From: Candidatus Sulfopaludibacter sp. SbA3 | Lineage (GTDB): Bacteria > Acidobacteriota > Vicinamibacteria > Vicinamibacterales > UBA2999 | Direction of reading: 5' to 3' | Assembly: GCA_945903265.1 (NCBI GenBank) | Contig: CAMDNQ010000012.1 | Location: 22,181 to 86,180, forward strand | Length of the DNA: 64,000 nucleotides | Shown here: positions 50,180 through 59,400 of the stretch, piece by piece | How positions within the stretch are numbered: the stretch's first letter is position 1 | Layout: each line of letters opens with the position of its first letter | The notes under the pieces: model-generated | The model's input: the letters and a program-made list of their open reading frames with translations, nothing else | What the model was told of the DNA's origin: nothing | Database searches by the model: none | Program-made: the position numbers and the translations under genes

Positions 50180-51112
50180 ATGACACGAATTCGCCTGCTG
50201 TGTCTGCTGCTGACAGGAGTCGTGTCCGTTCCAGTCCTTGTAGCCCAGGGGACGCAGGACGCCGCACCGCTCTTTCGCGCTGAATCCGACCTCGTGGTCC
50301 TGCATGTCAACGTGTTCGATGGCCGGTCGGACGCGGTTGGTGGTCTTCCGCACGACGCGTTCCGCGTCTTTGAAGACGGGCAGGAACAGGCCATCACCTT
50401 TTTCAGCGGCGCTGATGTCCCCGTCGCCGTGGGGCTCGTCCTCGACAACAGCGGTTCGATGATTGCGCGTCAGCGCATGAGCATCGCCGGAGGACTCGCG
50501 TTCGCCAGATCCAGTCATCCTGAAGACGAACTGTTCACGGTGCATTTCAACGAACACGTCGCATACGGACTCCCCGCGGGGCTCGCGTTCACGAACCGCG
50601 AAACGCTGCTCGAAGCAGCCTTGTCGCGCTTCAAGCCTGGAGGGAAGACAGCGCTGTACGACGCAGTGATCGACGCGCTCGATCACCTCGAGGAGGCGAG
50701 CCACCAGAAGCGCGCGCTGGTCGTGCTCTCGGACGGCGAAGACAACGCGAGCCGTCACAGCGAAGACGACATGATGAAGCGTGCGCGCGACGGGGACGCC
50801 ATTATTTACACCGTCTCCAGCGCCAACCCGCGGCATGGTCTGGGGGGCGATCCCGGCGTTCTGCGAAAACTGGCCGGCGCCGCCGGCGGCGTGGCGTATT
50901 TTCCCGATTCGGACAAGGAAGTCGTCGAGAGCTTCGACGACATCGCGGGGAATATCCGGCGCGCCTACAGCATCGGCTACGTGCCACGGAATGACGACCA
51001 TGACGGCGGCTACCGGCGTGTGAAGGTCACCGTGCGGATGCCCGGCCGTTCCAATCTGCGAGTGCAAAGCCGCGATGGCTATCGGCCGCCTGATCACGCA
51101 GACGCTCGATGA
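50180..51112 (+). CDS. Exported vWA domain protein (Acidobacterial VWFA type)
   Basis: FRAESDLVVLHVNV, FRVFEDGQEQ, DNSGSM (MIDAS), TALYDA, LSDGEDNAS, YSIGYVP..DGGYRRVKV. Confidence 0.9.
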   Translation: MTRIRLLCLLLTGVVSVPVLVAQGTQDAAPLFRAESDLVVLHVNVFDGRSDAVGGLPHDAFRVFEDGQEQAITFFSGADVPVAVGLVLDNSGSMIARQRMSIAGGLAFARSSHPEDELFTVHFNEHVAYGLPAGLAFTNRETLLEAALSRFKPGGKTALYDAVIDALDHLEEASHQKRALVVLSDGEDNASRHSEDDMMKRARDGDAIIYTVSSANPRHGLGGDPGVLRKLAGAAGGVAYFPDSDKEVVESFDDIAGNIRRAYSIGYVPRNDDHDGGYRRVKVTVRMPGRSNLRVQSRDGYRPPDHADAR

Positions 51113-51740
51113 GCCCGGCTTCGTCGGCGCGCCGTGCGCCGACCGGAGCGGCACACGAGCCTTCGTCTGGCTCGAGCGGCTGCTGGTGCTCATCGGCGTC
51201 GCTGCCCTCGGATACTTCCTTTACGTCAGCGTCGAAACACGTCTCTATCAGGCGATGGAGAATCGCGAGCTCGACACGATCCTTGCCGCAGGTCCTCCTG
51301 CGATGCCGGCGCTCCTGGCGGCGCCGGTCATCCCGGGATCCGCGATCGGCCGCATCGAGATTCCGCGCCTCGGTGTCTCGGCGGTGATCCGAGCGGGAGT
51401 CGACGCGCGCACGCTTCGGCTGGCGGTAGGCCATATCCCGGGCACTGCCCTGCCTGGACGCAGCGGAAATACCGGCCTGGCCGCGCATCGCGATACGTTC
51501 TTCCGCAAGTTGCGGGACATCCGTACGTTCGACGAAATCCGCATCGTCACCGCGGCCGGCACGTTCTCGTATGAAGTGGAGCGAACCCGGATCGTGAAGC
51601 CCGAGGACACCTGGGTGCTCGAGGACACGAGCATCCCGTCGGTGACGCTCGTGACCTGTTACCCCTTCACATACCTCGGCTCGGCCCCCGACCGGTTCAT
51701 CGTCCGGGCAATCACTCCGGCTGCGCCCCCCCGCCAGTAA
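51075..51740 (+). CDS. Class D-like sortase
   Basis: N-terminal TM, GRIEIPRL, LAVGHIPGTALPG..GNTGLAAHRDTFF (His), TLVTCYPF (Cys), DRFIVRA (Arg); start uncertain. Confidence 0.92.
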   Translation: MAIGRLITQTLDEPGFVGAPCADRSGTRAFVWLERLLVLIGVAALGYFLYVSVETRLYQAMENRELDTILAAGPPAMPALLAAPVIPGSAIGRIEIPRLGVSAVIRAGVDARTLRLAVGHIPGTALPGRSGNTGLAAHRDTFFRKLRDIRTFDEIRIVTAAGTFSYEVERTRIVKPEDTWVLEDTSIPSVTLVTCYPFTYLGSAPDRFIVRAITPAAPPRQ

Positions 51741-51834
51741 TATTCTTCAGCCTGACGGCTGGTACTTGTTGGGCCTATTGGCTTTATAATTCTGGAATTA
51801 ATCCGTCCCTATTGTTGGGTCGGCGATCGCATCG

Positions 51835-52605
51835 ATGATTATCGCGGCGTTTAATCCCAAAGGCGGCGTCGGCAGAACCACGACGGCCGTCAATCTCGCC
51901 ACCGTCCTCGCGGGCACGAAGCGGCGCGTCCTGCTCGTCGATCTCGAGCCGGAGATGAACGCTTCCATCTCGCTTGGCGTCCGGCCCCAGCAGTCGCGGC
52001 CGTCGGTCGTCGACGTCCTCCTCAACGAACGGCGTGCGAGTGACGCCATCCGCCGCGTCAGCGGCATCGACAATCTCTTTCTGCTCACCGGCTCCACCGA
52101 ACTCGCCGACATGGATGCCCGTTTGCGGAACGTGCGCCAGCCGGAACGCCGCCTGGCGGATTCCATACGTCCGCTGGCATCCGAATTCGACGCGGTCATC
52201 ATGGATGCCCCATCGGGCTATTCGCTGATGTCAATGAGCGTGCCGATCGCCGCCGATCATCTGGTGGTGCCAATCCGCGCGGACTACCTGGCGCTCGAAT
52301 CGCTTGCACACTTTCTCCGCTGGTATCGCCAGCGGCGAACGTCGCGCAAGGCCCATGCGGACGTGATTGGGATTCTGTTGACGATGGTAGACCACCGCCG
52401 CAAGGCGACCCGCGAGATCGTCGACATCATCCGCGCTCACAACAAGCGCGGCGTGTTTCGCACCGAGATTCCCGAAGATCCGCGTGCCGCGGAGGCCCCG
52501 TCCCACGGGGTGCCCCTGGTCGCCTACGCCAAGTCGCGCGCGGCGCGGGCGTACGTCGCGGTGACCGACGAGCTCCTTGCACGGCTGCCGCGGCGCCCTC
52601 GCTGA
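51835..52605 (+). CDS. parA: ParA/Soj family ATPase with deviant Walker A
   Basis: NPKGGVGRTTTAVNLA, LLVDLEP, IMDAP, AEAPSHGVP; TATAAT at 51785-51790. Confidence 0.88.
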   Translation: MIIAAFNPKGGVGRTTTAVNLATVLAGTKRRVLLVDLEPEMNASISLGVRPQQSRPSVVDVLLNERRASDAIRRVSGIDNLFLLTGSTELADMDARLRNVRQPERRLADSIRPLASEFDAVIMDAPSGYSLMSMSVPIAADHLVVPIRADYLALESLAHFLRWYRQRRTSRKAHADVIGILLTMVDHRRKATREIVDIIRAHNKRGVFRTEIPEDPRAAEAPSHGVPLVAYAKSRAARAYVAVTDELLARLPRRPR

Positions 52606-52750
52606 CGCGACTGCCTTGCGCGCGCTCCCGTACCTGCTTTAGCATGGAGCCGCTCCGCGGTTTTCTCAGCTCCTCTAATTACTTACGTAATGAATGAATG
52701 ATTCCGTCGCGTGTCACCTGGGGTGGCACAGTGAGGTTCTGGCGTAGACC

Positions 52751-53104
52751 ATGGCATTGCGAACCCCCACCAAATTGAAACGGATCGGCAAGAGCGGCGA
52801 AGACATCTTCGTGCCGCGCGGCGAGAGCAGCGAGGTCGCGAAACCGAAACGCCGCGGCCGCCGCCCTTCGCATACCGAACACTGGACCAAAGTCACGGTC
52901 GTGCTGTTCGACCGGCAGATCGTCTTCCTGGACAGGCTGAGCGCGGACATCCGCGCCGCAAGCGGTGTGGCGATCAGCCGCGCCCACGTCATACGCGCGC
53001 TGATCGATGCGTTGAGCGAATCGGATCTGGATTTGACCGGGACGCGGTCGGAAGCTGATTTGAAGGCGATCCTCACGGCCCGCCTGGGGCGATATCGCAC
53101 GTAA
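52751..53104 (+). CDS. Small ribbon-helix-helix-like protein, probable ParA partner
   Basis: Basic, probably disordered N-terminus, then KVTVVL (strand)[18 protein letters not shown] (helix); GAGG SD. Confidence 0.7.
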   Translation: MALRTPTKLKRIGKSGEDIFVPRGESSEVAKPKRRGRRPSHTEHWTKVTVVLFDRQIVFLDRLSADIRAASGVAISRAHVIRALIDALSESDLDLTGTRSEADLKAILTARLGRYRT

Positions 53105-53156
53105 GTCGGTCGAGGCGGTCGGGCGTTCTGGCTCGTCTCGCCTGTATCATGTCCTC

Positions 53157-54395
53157 ATGAGCCCTGCCTCCGCGGGCGTCAGGCTGCACAAAACCGTCGG
53201 CGTCCGGGTGGGTCACCTCCAGATCGGCGGCGGAGCGCCTGTTGCCGTCCAGTCGATGACGATGACCGAGACCGCTGACGTGGCGGCTACGGTGCGGCAG
53301 TGTGTCGAGCTGGCGGAAGCGGGGTCCGAGCTCGTACGCGTCACCGTGAACAACGACGAGGCCGCGGCGGCCGTGCCTGACATCAAGCGTCGCATGCTCG
53401 ACGCGGGGTGCACCGCGCCGTTGATCGGCGACTTCCATTACAACGGGCACCTGCTGCTCACACGGCATCCGGCCTGCGCCGCCGCCCTCGACAAGTACCG
53501 CATCAACCCCGGGAATGTCGGGACCGGCGCGAGGCGCGATGAGCAGTTCGCCACCATCTGCCGCGTGGCCATCGACCATGGCAAGCCTGTGCGGATCGGC
53601 GTCAACGGCGGTTCGCTGAACCAGGACCTGGTCCTCGCCAAGATGCAGGAGAACACCGACCGAAATCTGGGCCGGAGCTCCGAGGAAGTCCTGAACGAGT
53701 GCATGGTGATCTCGGCGCTCGAATCAACCGCCCTGGCGATCGAAACGGGCCTCCGCAAGGATCAGATCATCATTTCCTGCAAGGTGTCGCGGCCGCGCGA
53801 CCTGGTCGCGATTTATCGTGAGCTCGCGCGGCGGACCGAGCAGCCGCTGCATCTCGGTCTCACCGAGGCGGGTATGGGCGTCAAGGGCCTGACGTGGTCC
53901 GCGTCGGCGATGTCGATCCTTCTCAACGAAGGCATCGGCGACACCATCCGCGTGTCGCTGACCCCGCGGCCGGGCGGCGACAGGCGCGAGGAAGTATACG
54001 CCGCGTGCGAACTGCTGCAGGCGCTTGGCCTCCGATCGTTTTCACCAAGCGTGACCGCATGCCCCGGCTGCGGCCGCACGACGAGCAGCACGTTCCAGGA
54101 ACTGGCCGAACGTACGCAGGACTACATCCGTTCGCAGATGCCCGTCTGGAAAAAGCAGTACCAGGGCGTCGAAGAACTCACCCTTGCCGTGATGGGCTGC
54201 GTGGTCAACGGGCCGGGTGAATCGAAGGCCGCGAACATCGGCATCAGCCTGCCGGGAACCGGCGAAGCCCCCCAGTGCCCCGTCTACATAGACGGCGAGC
54301 ATTTCACCACCCTCCGTGGCACCTATGACGAGCTCGCCGACGGTTTTCGGAGCCTCGTCGACAACTACGTCGCCACCCGCTATTCGCCTCGCTGA
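53157..54395 (+). CDS. ispG: 4-hydroxy-3-methylbut-2-en-1-yl diphosphate synthase
   Basis: [45 protein letters not shown]; TATCAT 6 nt upstream of ATG. Confidence 0.96.
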   Translation: MSPASAGVRLHKTVGVRVGHLQIGGGAPVAVQSMTMTETADVAATVRQCVELAEAGSELVRVTVNNDEAAAAVPDIKRRMLDAGCTAPLIGDFHYNGHLLLTRHPACAAALDKYRINPGNVGTGARRDEQFATICRVAIDHGKPVRIGVNGGSLNQDLVLAKMQENTDRNLGRSSEEVLNECMVISALESTALAIETGLRKDQIIISCKVSRPRDLVAIYRELARRTEQPLHLGLTEAGMGVKGLTWSASAMSILLNEGIGDTIRVSLTPRPGGDRREEVYAACELLQALGLRSFSPSVTACPGCGRTTSSTFQELAERTQDYIRSQMPVWKKQYQGVEELTLAVMGCVVNGPGESKAANIGISLPGTGEAPQCPVYIDGEHFTTLRGTYDELADGFRSLVDNYVATRYSPR

Positions 54396-54397
54396 CC

Positions 54398-56416
54398 ATG
54401 ACAACCGCGGCCACGTCCACGGCGGCGCGGACCATGGAAAGCGTCTGCCCGCTCGATTGCCCTGACTCCTGCAGCCTCGACGTGACCGTCGCAGACGGGC
54501 GCGTCGTCGCGATCGATGGATCTCATGCCAACCCCATTACCGGCGGCTTCATCTGCGCCAAGGTGCGGCGATTTGGCGAGCGCATGTACGGCCCCGATCG
54601 GCTTCTCTATCCGGCGGTGCGCACAGGCGACAAGGGGCAAGGCAGCTTTACTCGCGTTTCGTGGGACGAGGCCATCGGCCTGATTGCCGATCGGATGCGC
54701 GACGCACGTGCGCGCTGGGGTGGCGAATCAATCCTCCCGTATTCGTACGGGGGATCCAACGGACTGCTGACGCAGGACACCAGCGACGCAACATTGTTCC
54801 GGCGGCTCGGCGCCTCGCGGCTTGCGCGGACTGTCTGTGCGGCGCCGACCGGCGCTGCCAACATGGCGCTGTACGGCAAGATGCCGTCGGTCACCTACGA
54901 GGACTTCCCCGAGGCCAGACTCATTGTGATCTGGGGAGCCAATCCGACGGCCTCAGGAATCCACCTGATTCCGTACATCCGCGAGGCACAGCGCCGCGGC
55001 GCCAAGCTCGTCGTCGTCGACCCGCGCGCGACCCAGCTGGCGCGCCAGGCGGACATCCACCTTCCGGTCCGCGTCGGCACGGATCTTCCGGTGGCGTTGT
55101 CGCTCCATCGGTATCTGTTCGAAGACGGGCGTGCGGATGATGCGTTCCTCGCCGCCCACACGACCGGAGCCGAGCGGCTGCGTGAGCGGGCGCGTCCGTG
55201 GACATTCGAGCGGGCCGCCGCCGAGGCAGGCATTGACGCCGGAATGCTGCGCGCGTTTGCCGAGTTGTACGCGACCACAACCCCCGCGCTGATTCGCTGC
55301 GGCTGGGGTCAGGAACGCAACCGAAACGGCGGAAGCGCGTCGATGGCGATCCTCGCGCTGCCGGCGGTGGCGGGCAAGTTCGGCGTCCGCGGCGGCGGCT
55401 ACACCATGAGCAACTCGGCCTCATGGAACATCCCCCGCACCTGGGTCCGGAGCGACGAGGCGCCTACGCGGACGATCAACATGAATCTGCTCGGGCAGGC
55501 GCTCGAACGGAGCGATCCGCCGATCTCGGTGCTCTTCGTCTATAACAACAACGCGGCGGCGACGAGCCCGAACCAGCGGAAGGTGCTCAAGGGGCTCGAG
55601 CGGGACGATCTCTTCACCGTGGTTTTTGAGCAGGTGATGACCGATACCGCGCGCTACGCGGACGTCATTCTCCCGGCGACGACATTCCTGGAAGGATACG
55701 AGCTCGCCCGCAGCTACGGGTCGTTCAGCCTGCGGCTGGCGAGACCCGTAGTCGATGCCGTCGGGGAAGCGCGACCCAATGCCGAGGTCTTCGGCGACCT
55801 GCTCGAGGCGCTCGACCTGGGCCAGGCAGACGAGCCCCGAGGCGAACTCGAAGAGATGCTGGATGTCCTGTCGCGGCTCCCTGAGACGATCGGGAGCGAT
55901 CTGCGCGAGCGCGGCGTCGCGACCCCGCCATACGGCGGGCGTCCGATCCAGTTCGTGGACGTGTTTCCGCAGACCTCCGATCGGAGGGTCCATCTGTTCT
56001 CCGAGGACCTCGATCGAGGTGCACCGGCGGGTCTGTACGGCTATCAGCCGGATCCTGCAACGGCCCGGTTCCCGCTTGCGCTCATCACGCCGGCCAGCGA
56101 GCGCACTATCAGCTCGACGCTCGCGGAGCTGCCGCGTCCGGACGTGCAACTCCTCATGCATCCGGACGATGCCTCGCCGCGCGGCGTGGCGGACGGCGAC
56201 GCGATCCGCATTTTCAATGAGCTGGGCGAAGTGCGTTGCAATGCAGCGCTCGGGACGGGGATCCGCCCGGGGACGGTGTCGCTGCCCAAGGGGCTGTGGT
56301 GCCGGCATACCGCGAACGGCCTGACGGCAAACGCCCTCGCGCCGGACACGCTGAGCGATCTTGGCGGAGGCGCCTGCTTCAACGATGCGCGCGTGCAGAT
56401 CGAGCGCGTTCAGTAG
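54398..56416 (+). CDS. Cytoplasmic molybdopterin (bis-MGD) oxidoreductase with N-terminal [4Fe-4S]
   Basis: CPLDCPDSC..ICAK, RVSWDEA, MTDTARYADVILPA, MHPDDA; no Tat signal seen. Confidence 0.9.
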   Translation: MTTAATSTAARTMESVCPLDCPDSCSLDVTVADGRVVAIDGSHANPITGGFICAKVRRFGERMYGPDRLLYPAVRTGDKGQGSFTRVSWDEAIGLIADRMRDARARWGGESILPYSYGGSNGLLTQDTSDATLFRRLGASRLARTVCAAPTGAANMALYGKMPSVTYEDFPEARLIVIWGANPTASGIHLIPYIREAQRRGAKLVVVDPRATQLARQADIHLPVRVGTDLPVALSLHRYLFEDGRADDAFLAAHTTGAERLRERARPWTFERAAAEAGIDAGMLRAFAELYATTTPALIRCGWGQERNRNGGSASMAILALPAVAGKFGVRGGGYTMSNSASWNIPRTWVRSDEAPTRTINMNLLGQALERSDPPISVLFVYNNNAAATSPNQRKVLKGLERDDLFTVVFEQVMTDTARYADVILPATTFLEGYELARSYGSFSLRLARPVVDAVGEARPNAEVFGDLLEALDLGQADEPRGELEEMLDVLSRLPETIGSDLRERGVATPPYGGRPIQFVDVFPQTSDRRVHLFSEDLDRGAPAGLYGYQPDPATARFPLALITPASERTISSTLAELPRPDVQLLMHPDDASPRGVADGDAIRIFNELGEVRCNAALGTGIRPGTVSLPKGLWCRHTANGLTANALAPDTLSDLGGGACFNDARVQIERVQ

Positions 56417-59400
56417 CTGAAAAAGAAAATCAGATCGAGGCCGCCGCGCTCTACGCGGCGGAACGTCACGCGCTGCGTTCCGTTGGAGGTCTCCGCCACC
56501 GCACCCTGGAGCCGCAGGAAATCAGCAATCTGGTACTCAAGGATGAGTTCCGTCGCTTCCGCCGCCCCGAATCCCTGGCGGACGCGAACGAACAGGCGCT
56601 CTCCCACCTGTTCCCCGATGCTCAGGCTGGGTCCGGCGCCCGCGTCGCCCTGCGCCTGAATCTCGAACTCGTCGAGCTCCAGTGCGTTGGCGATCGAGCG
56701 CGTCAACCCCGACGCGAGATAGCCTCCCGCCAGCGCTCCCGCGCGCTCTGCCAGCGACACCTGCTGACCTTCTCCAAGCTCATTGATCGGCAGATTGAAC
56801 ACGATGAGCGACAGGATGTCAGCCTGGTCGAGCGGGGGGTTGCTGCTGAACGTCAGCTCCGGCTGAAGCAGCGTGCCCTGGACGCGCACGAAGGTTTCGA
56901 CGCCGGAGATGATCCGGCGCGCGCGGAGATCGAACACGGGGTCGATCTCTTCCTCGCCGGCAAACCGAATCCGGCCGTCACGCAGGATGTCGAAGCGGCG
57001 GCCCTGAAATGTATAGCTGCCTCGTACGGTGTTCACTTCGCCGGTCAGTCGCGGTTTGCCGCCGGGCGCCTTCTGCACCTGCACCGCGCCGCCGACCGTG
57101 ACGTTGAGGTCACCCATGTCAATGGGCGCATTGATGGGGCGCATGTCCGTGCCGCGTAGCACCAGGTTGCTTGGCACGGCGATACCCACGTTGAGCTCCA
57201 GCGCATCCAGGAGCGCCGTCTGAAGGGGCACAGCATCGGTCGCAGCCGGCGTGGGTTCGAACGAAAAAGCTTCGGTAGCATACGGATCCGCGGTCGCCTG
57301 TTCCAATACGCGCGACACGTCGATGGTCCCGGATTCAACTTCAACGAATCCTTCCACGCGGGGTTTCCGCAATTCGCCGGTCACGCGTACGTCGGCGTCG
57401 AGCTTCAAGTCCGCGAGCGGGTTGTCGATGACCTCGAAGTTCTCGGACTGCACCCGCACGTCTACGGCGCCGACTTCCCGCTCATGCACGGCCAGCGTGC
57501 CGCCGACTGTCATGACCTGCTGATGCTCGTCGACGATCCGCATCTCGCTGATCGTCACGGCGTCGCTCGTCAGATCGATCCGCGTATCGAGCCCTGTGTA
57601 GGCGGTCCCGAGATCCGGGATCGCGAACGTGCCGCCGCGAATGTCGATCGTCCCGTCAAAGTGCGGGTCCTGGCCGGTGCCGGTGACCTTCACGTTCGCC
57701 TGAAGCGCGCCGGTGACGTCGGTCACGTATGTCGTAAAGCCCTGAATCACGCCCAGATCGACCTGATTGCTCGCGATCTGGATGTCGATCGCCTCTCCCA
57801 GTGCGGGAGCGTCATGCCCCGTCGCGCCTTCGGGAGCGGGGCGGAACAGAGACAACGGTGCATAGCCTGCGGCCGTCAGCCATGCCGTCGGAGACTGGTC
57901 CAGCCGGACGTCGATCTTCATCCCCTGTCCGAGGTAATCCAGCTTGCCCGTCAACGCCTCGAACATGAACGCGCGGAACGCGCCTTTCCGCAACGCGAAC
58001 TCCCCTTCGATCCGCGGATCGCTCATCGGGCCAGACACGACAGCGTTGGCGTCGAGCCGCCCGGCAATTTCCTGGTTGGTAAGGAGGAGCTGATCGAGCT
58101 GCGACACGTCGACATTCTGTGCCCGCACCCTGAGCACTTCTGTTGAAGACCCGATGACGCCATCCGCGTCGATGCGCTGGTCACCGCTGACCAGGCTGAC
58201 GCCCTCAACCCCCAGACGATCCGAGCCATAGCGAATCGTGGCGTCGGTGCCTGGAGCCGTCCGCCATTCCACCTGCTCCGCTTGGAGCACGAGATTTGAC
58301 ACGTGAATTTCCTGGTGGTCGGGGTGCAGCACGGAGACACCCTGCGCGGCGAGGTGCCGCATCCCCTCCTGCGCCGTCGCGTTGAACTCCAGCCGTCCCT
58401 CGGAATAGGTCGTGTCGGCCGTGAGCTCGTTGATGCTCTGGCCCGCGACCTCGACGAACGTCGCGTCGCTCTTGGCCTGGATCGTCGCGTCTTCGAGGGT
58501 CAGGTTCGGCACGGCGATGTTGAACGTGCTCGACAGCTCGAGCGCGCCGGCGTTGGCATAGCCGACATTGCTGCCCTGCAGGGTGCCCTCGGCGCGCAGC
58601 TCCGACGCGTTGCCGGTCACCGTGGCATCCACGATGGCCGCGCCGCGCAGCGGACGGCCCAGCGTTTCCCCAAGCCTCTCGAACGAGGGACTTTCGACGT
58701 GCATCGTGAGGTTCGACGAGCCTGTCTCGTTGAGCGCGATGGTGCCCTCCCCCATGGCGTTCAGGTCTGGACCGGCGATGTCGAACAGCTCCAGCTGCCC
58801 CTCGCGGTTCGCGTACTGTCCCTGGAACGCAGCCTTGTCGATCGCCAGACCCATGACCTCGGACGCCGCCAGGTCAACGCGTCCGGCGGTATCAACGGAG
58901 TCAATTGTCAGACCCGCCGCGTATCCCCGGATGGTCGTCTCGAGGTCGTGCGTCCCGGTCAGGTTCGCCTTCAGCCGCTCGTTGCGGGTCACAACCGCCG
59001 GGTCGAGGCCAGCGAATGACCCCGCCGAGGAGACGCGCATGTCGCCGTCGGCGACGTGGGTCGTGAATTCGATTTGCGGGAACGTCGCGCCGAACATCTC
59101 GGAGTCGAGGGCCGTGCCGGTGGCGTCGAGCGTCAGTGGATAGCGGCCGCCACCGATGCCGGTCAGGTCGAATGTCGCGTTAATCCGTCCGCGAAATCGC
59201 GCGTCGCTGATAGCGGGGATGGCGAAGCCGCGGCCGATCTGCTCGACGTCGAGCCCCTCGACGCGGCCCTTGGCCGCATAGCGCGGCGCGCCGCCGCCGA
59301 ATTGAAACTCCGCTGTCGTACCCGGGGCAATCGAAGCGCCCGCCAGCGTCGAGGCATCGAACGCGAGGGTTCCTGCATACACCCCGCGGCGGCCGCTGAC

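Noticed and set aside
49092-53104. Possible integrative island at tRNA-Leu (sortase cassette + parA)
   Set aside because: No integrase seen and no duplicated tRNA 3' end (att site) found by eye. Composition differs only slightly, so it is not called as a mobile element.
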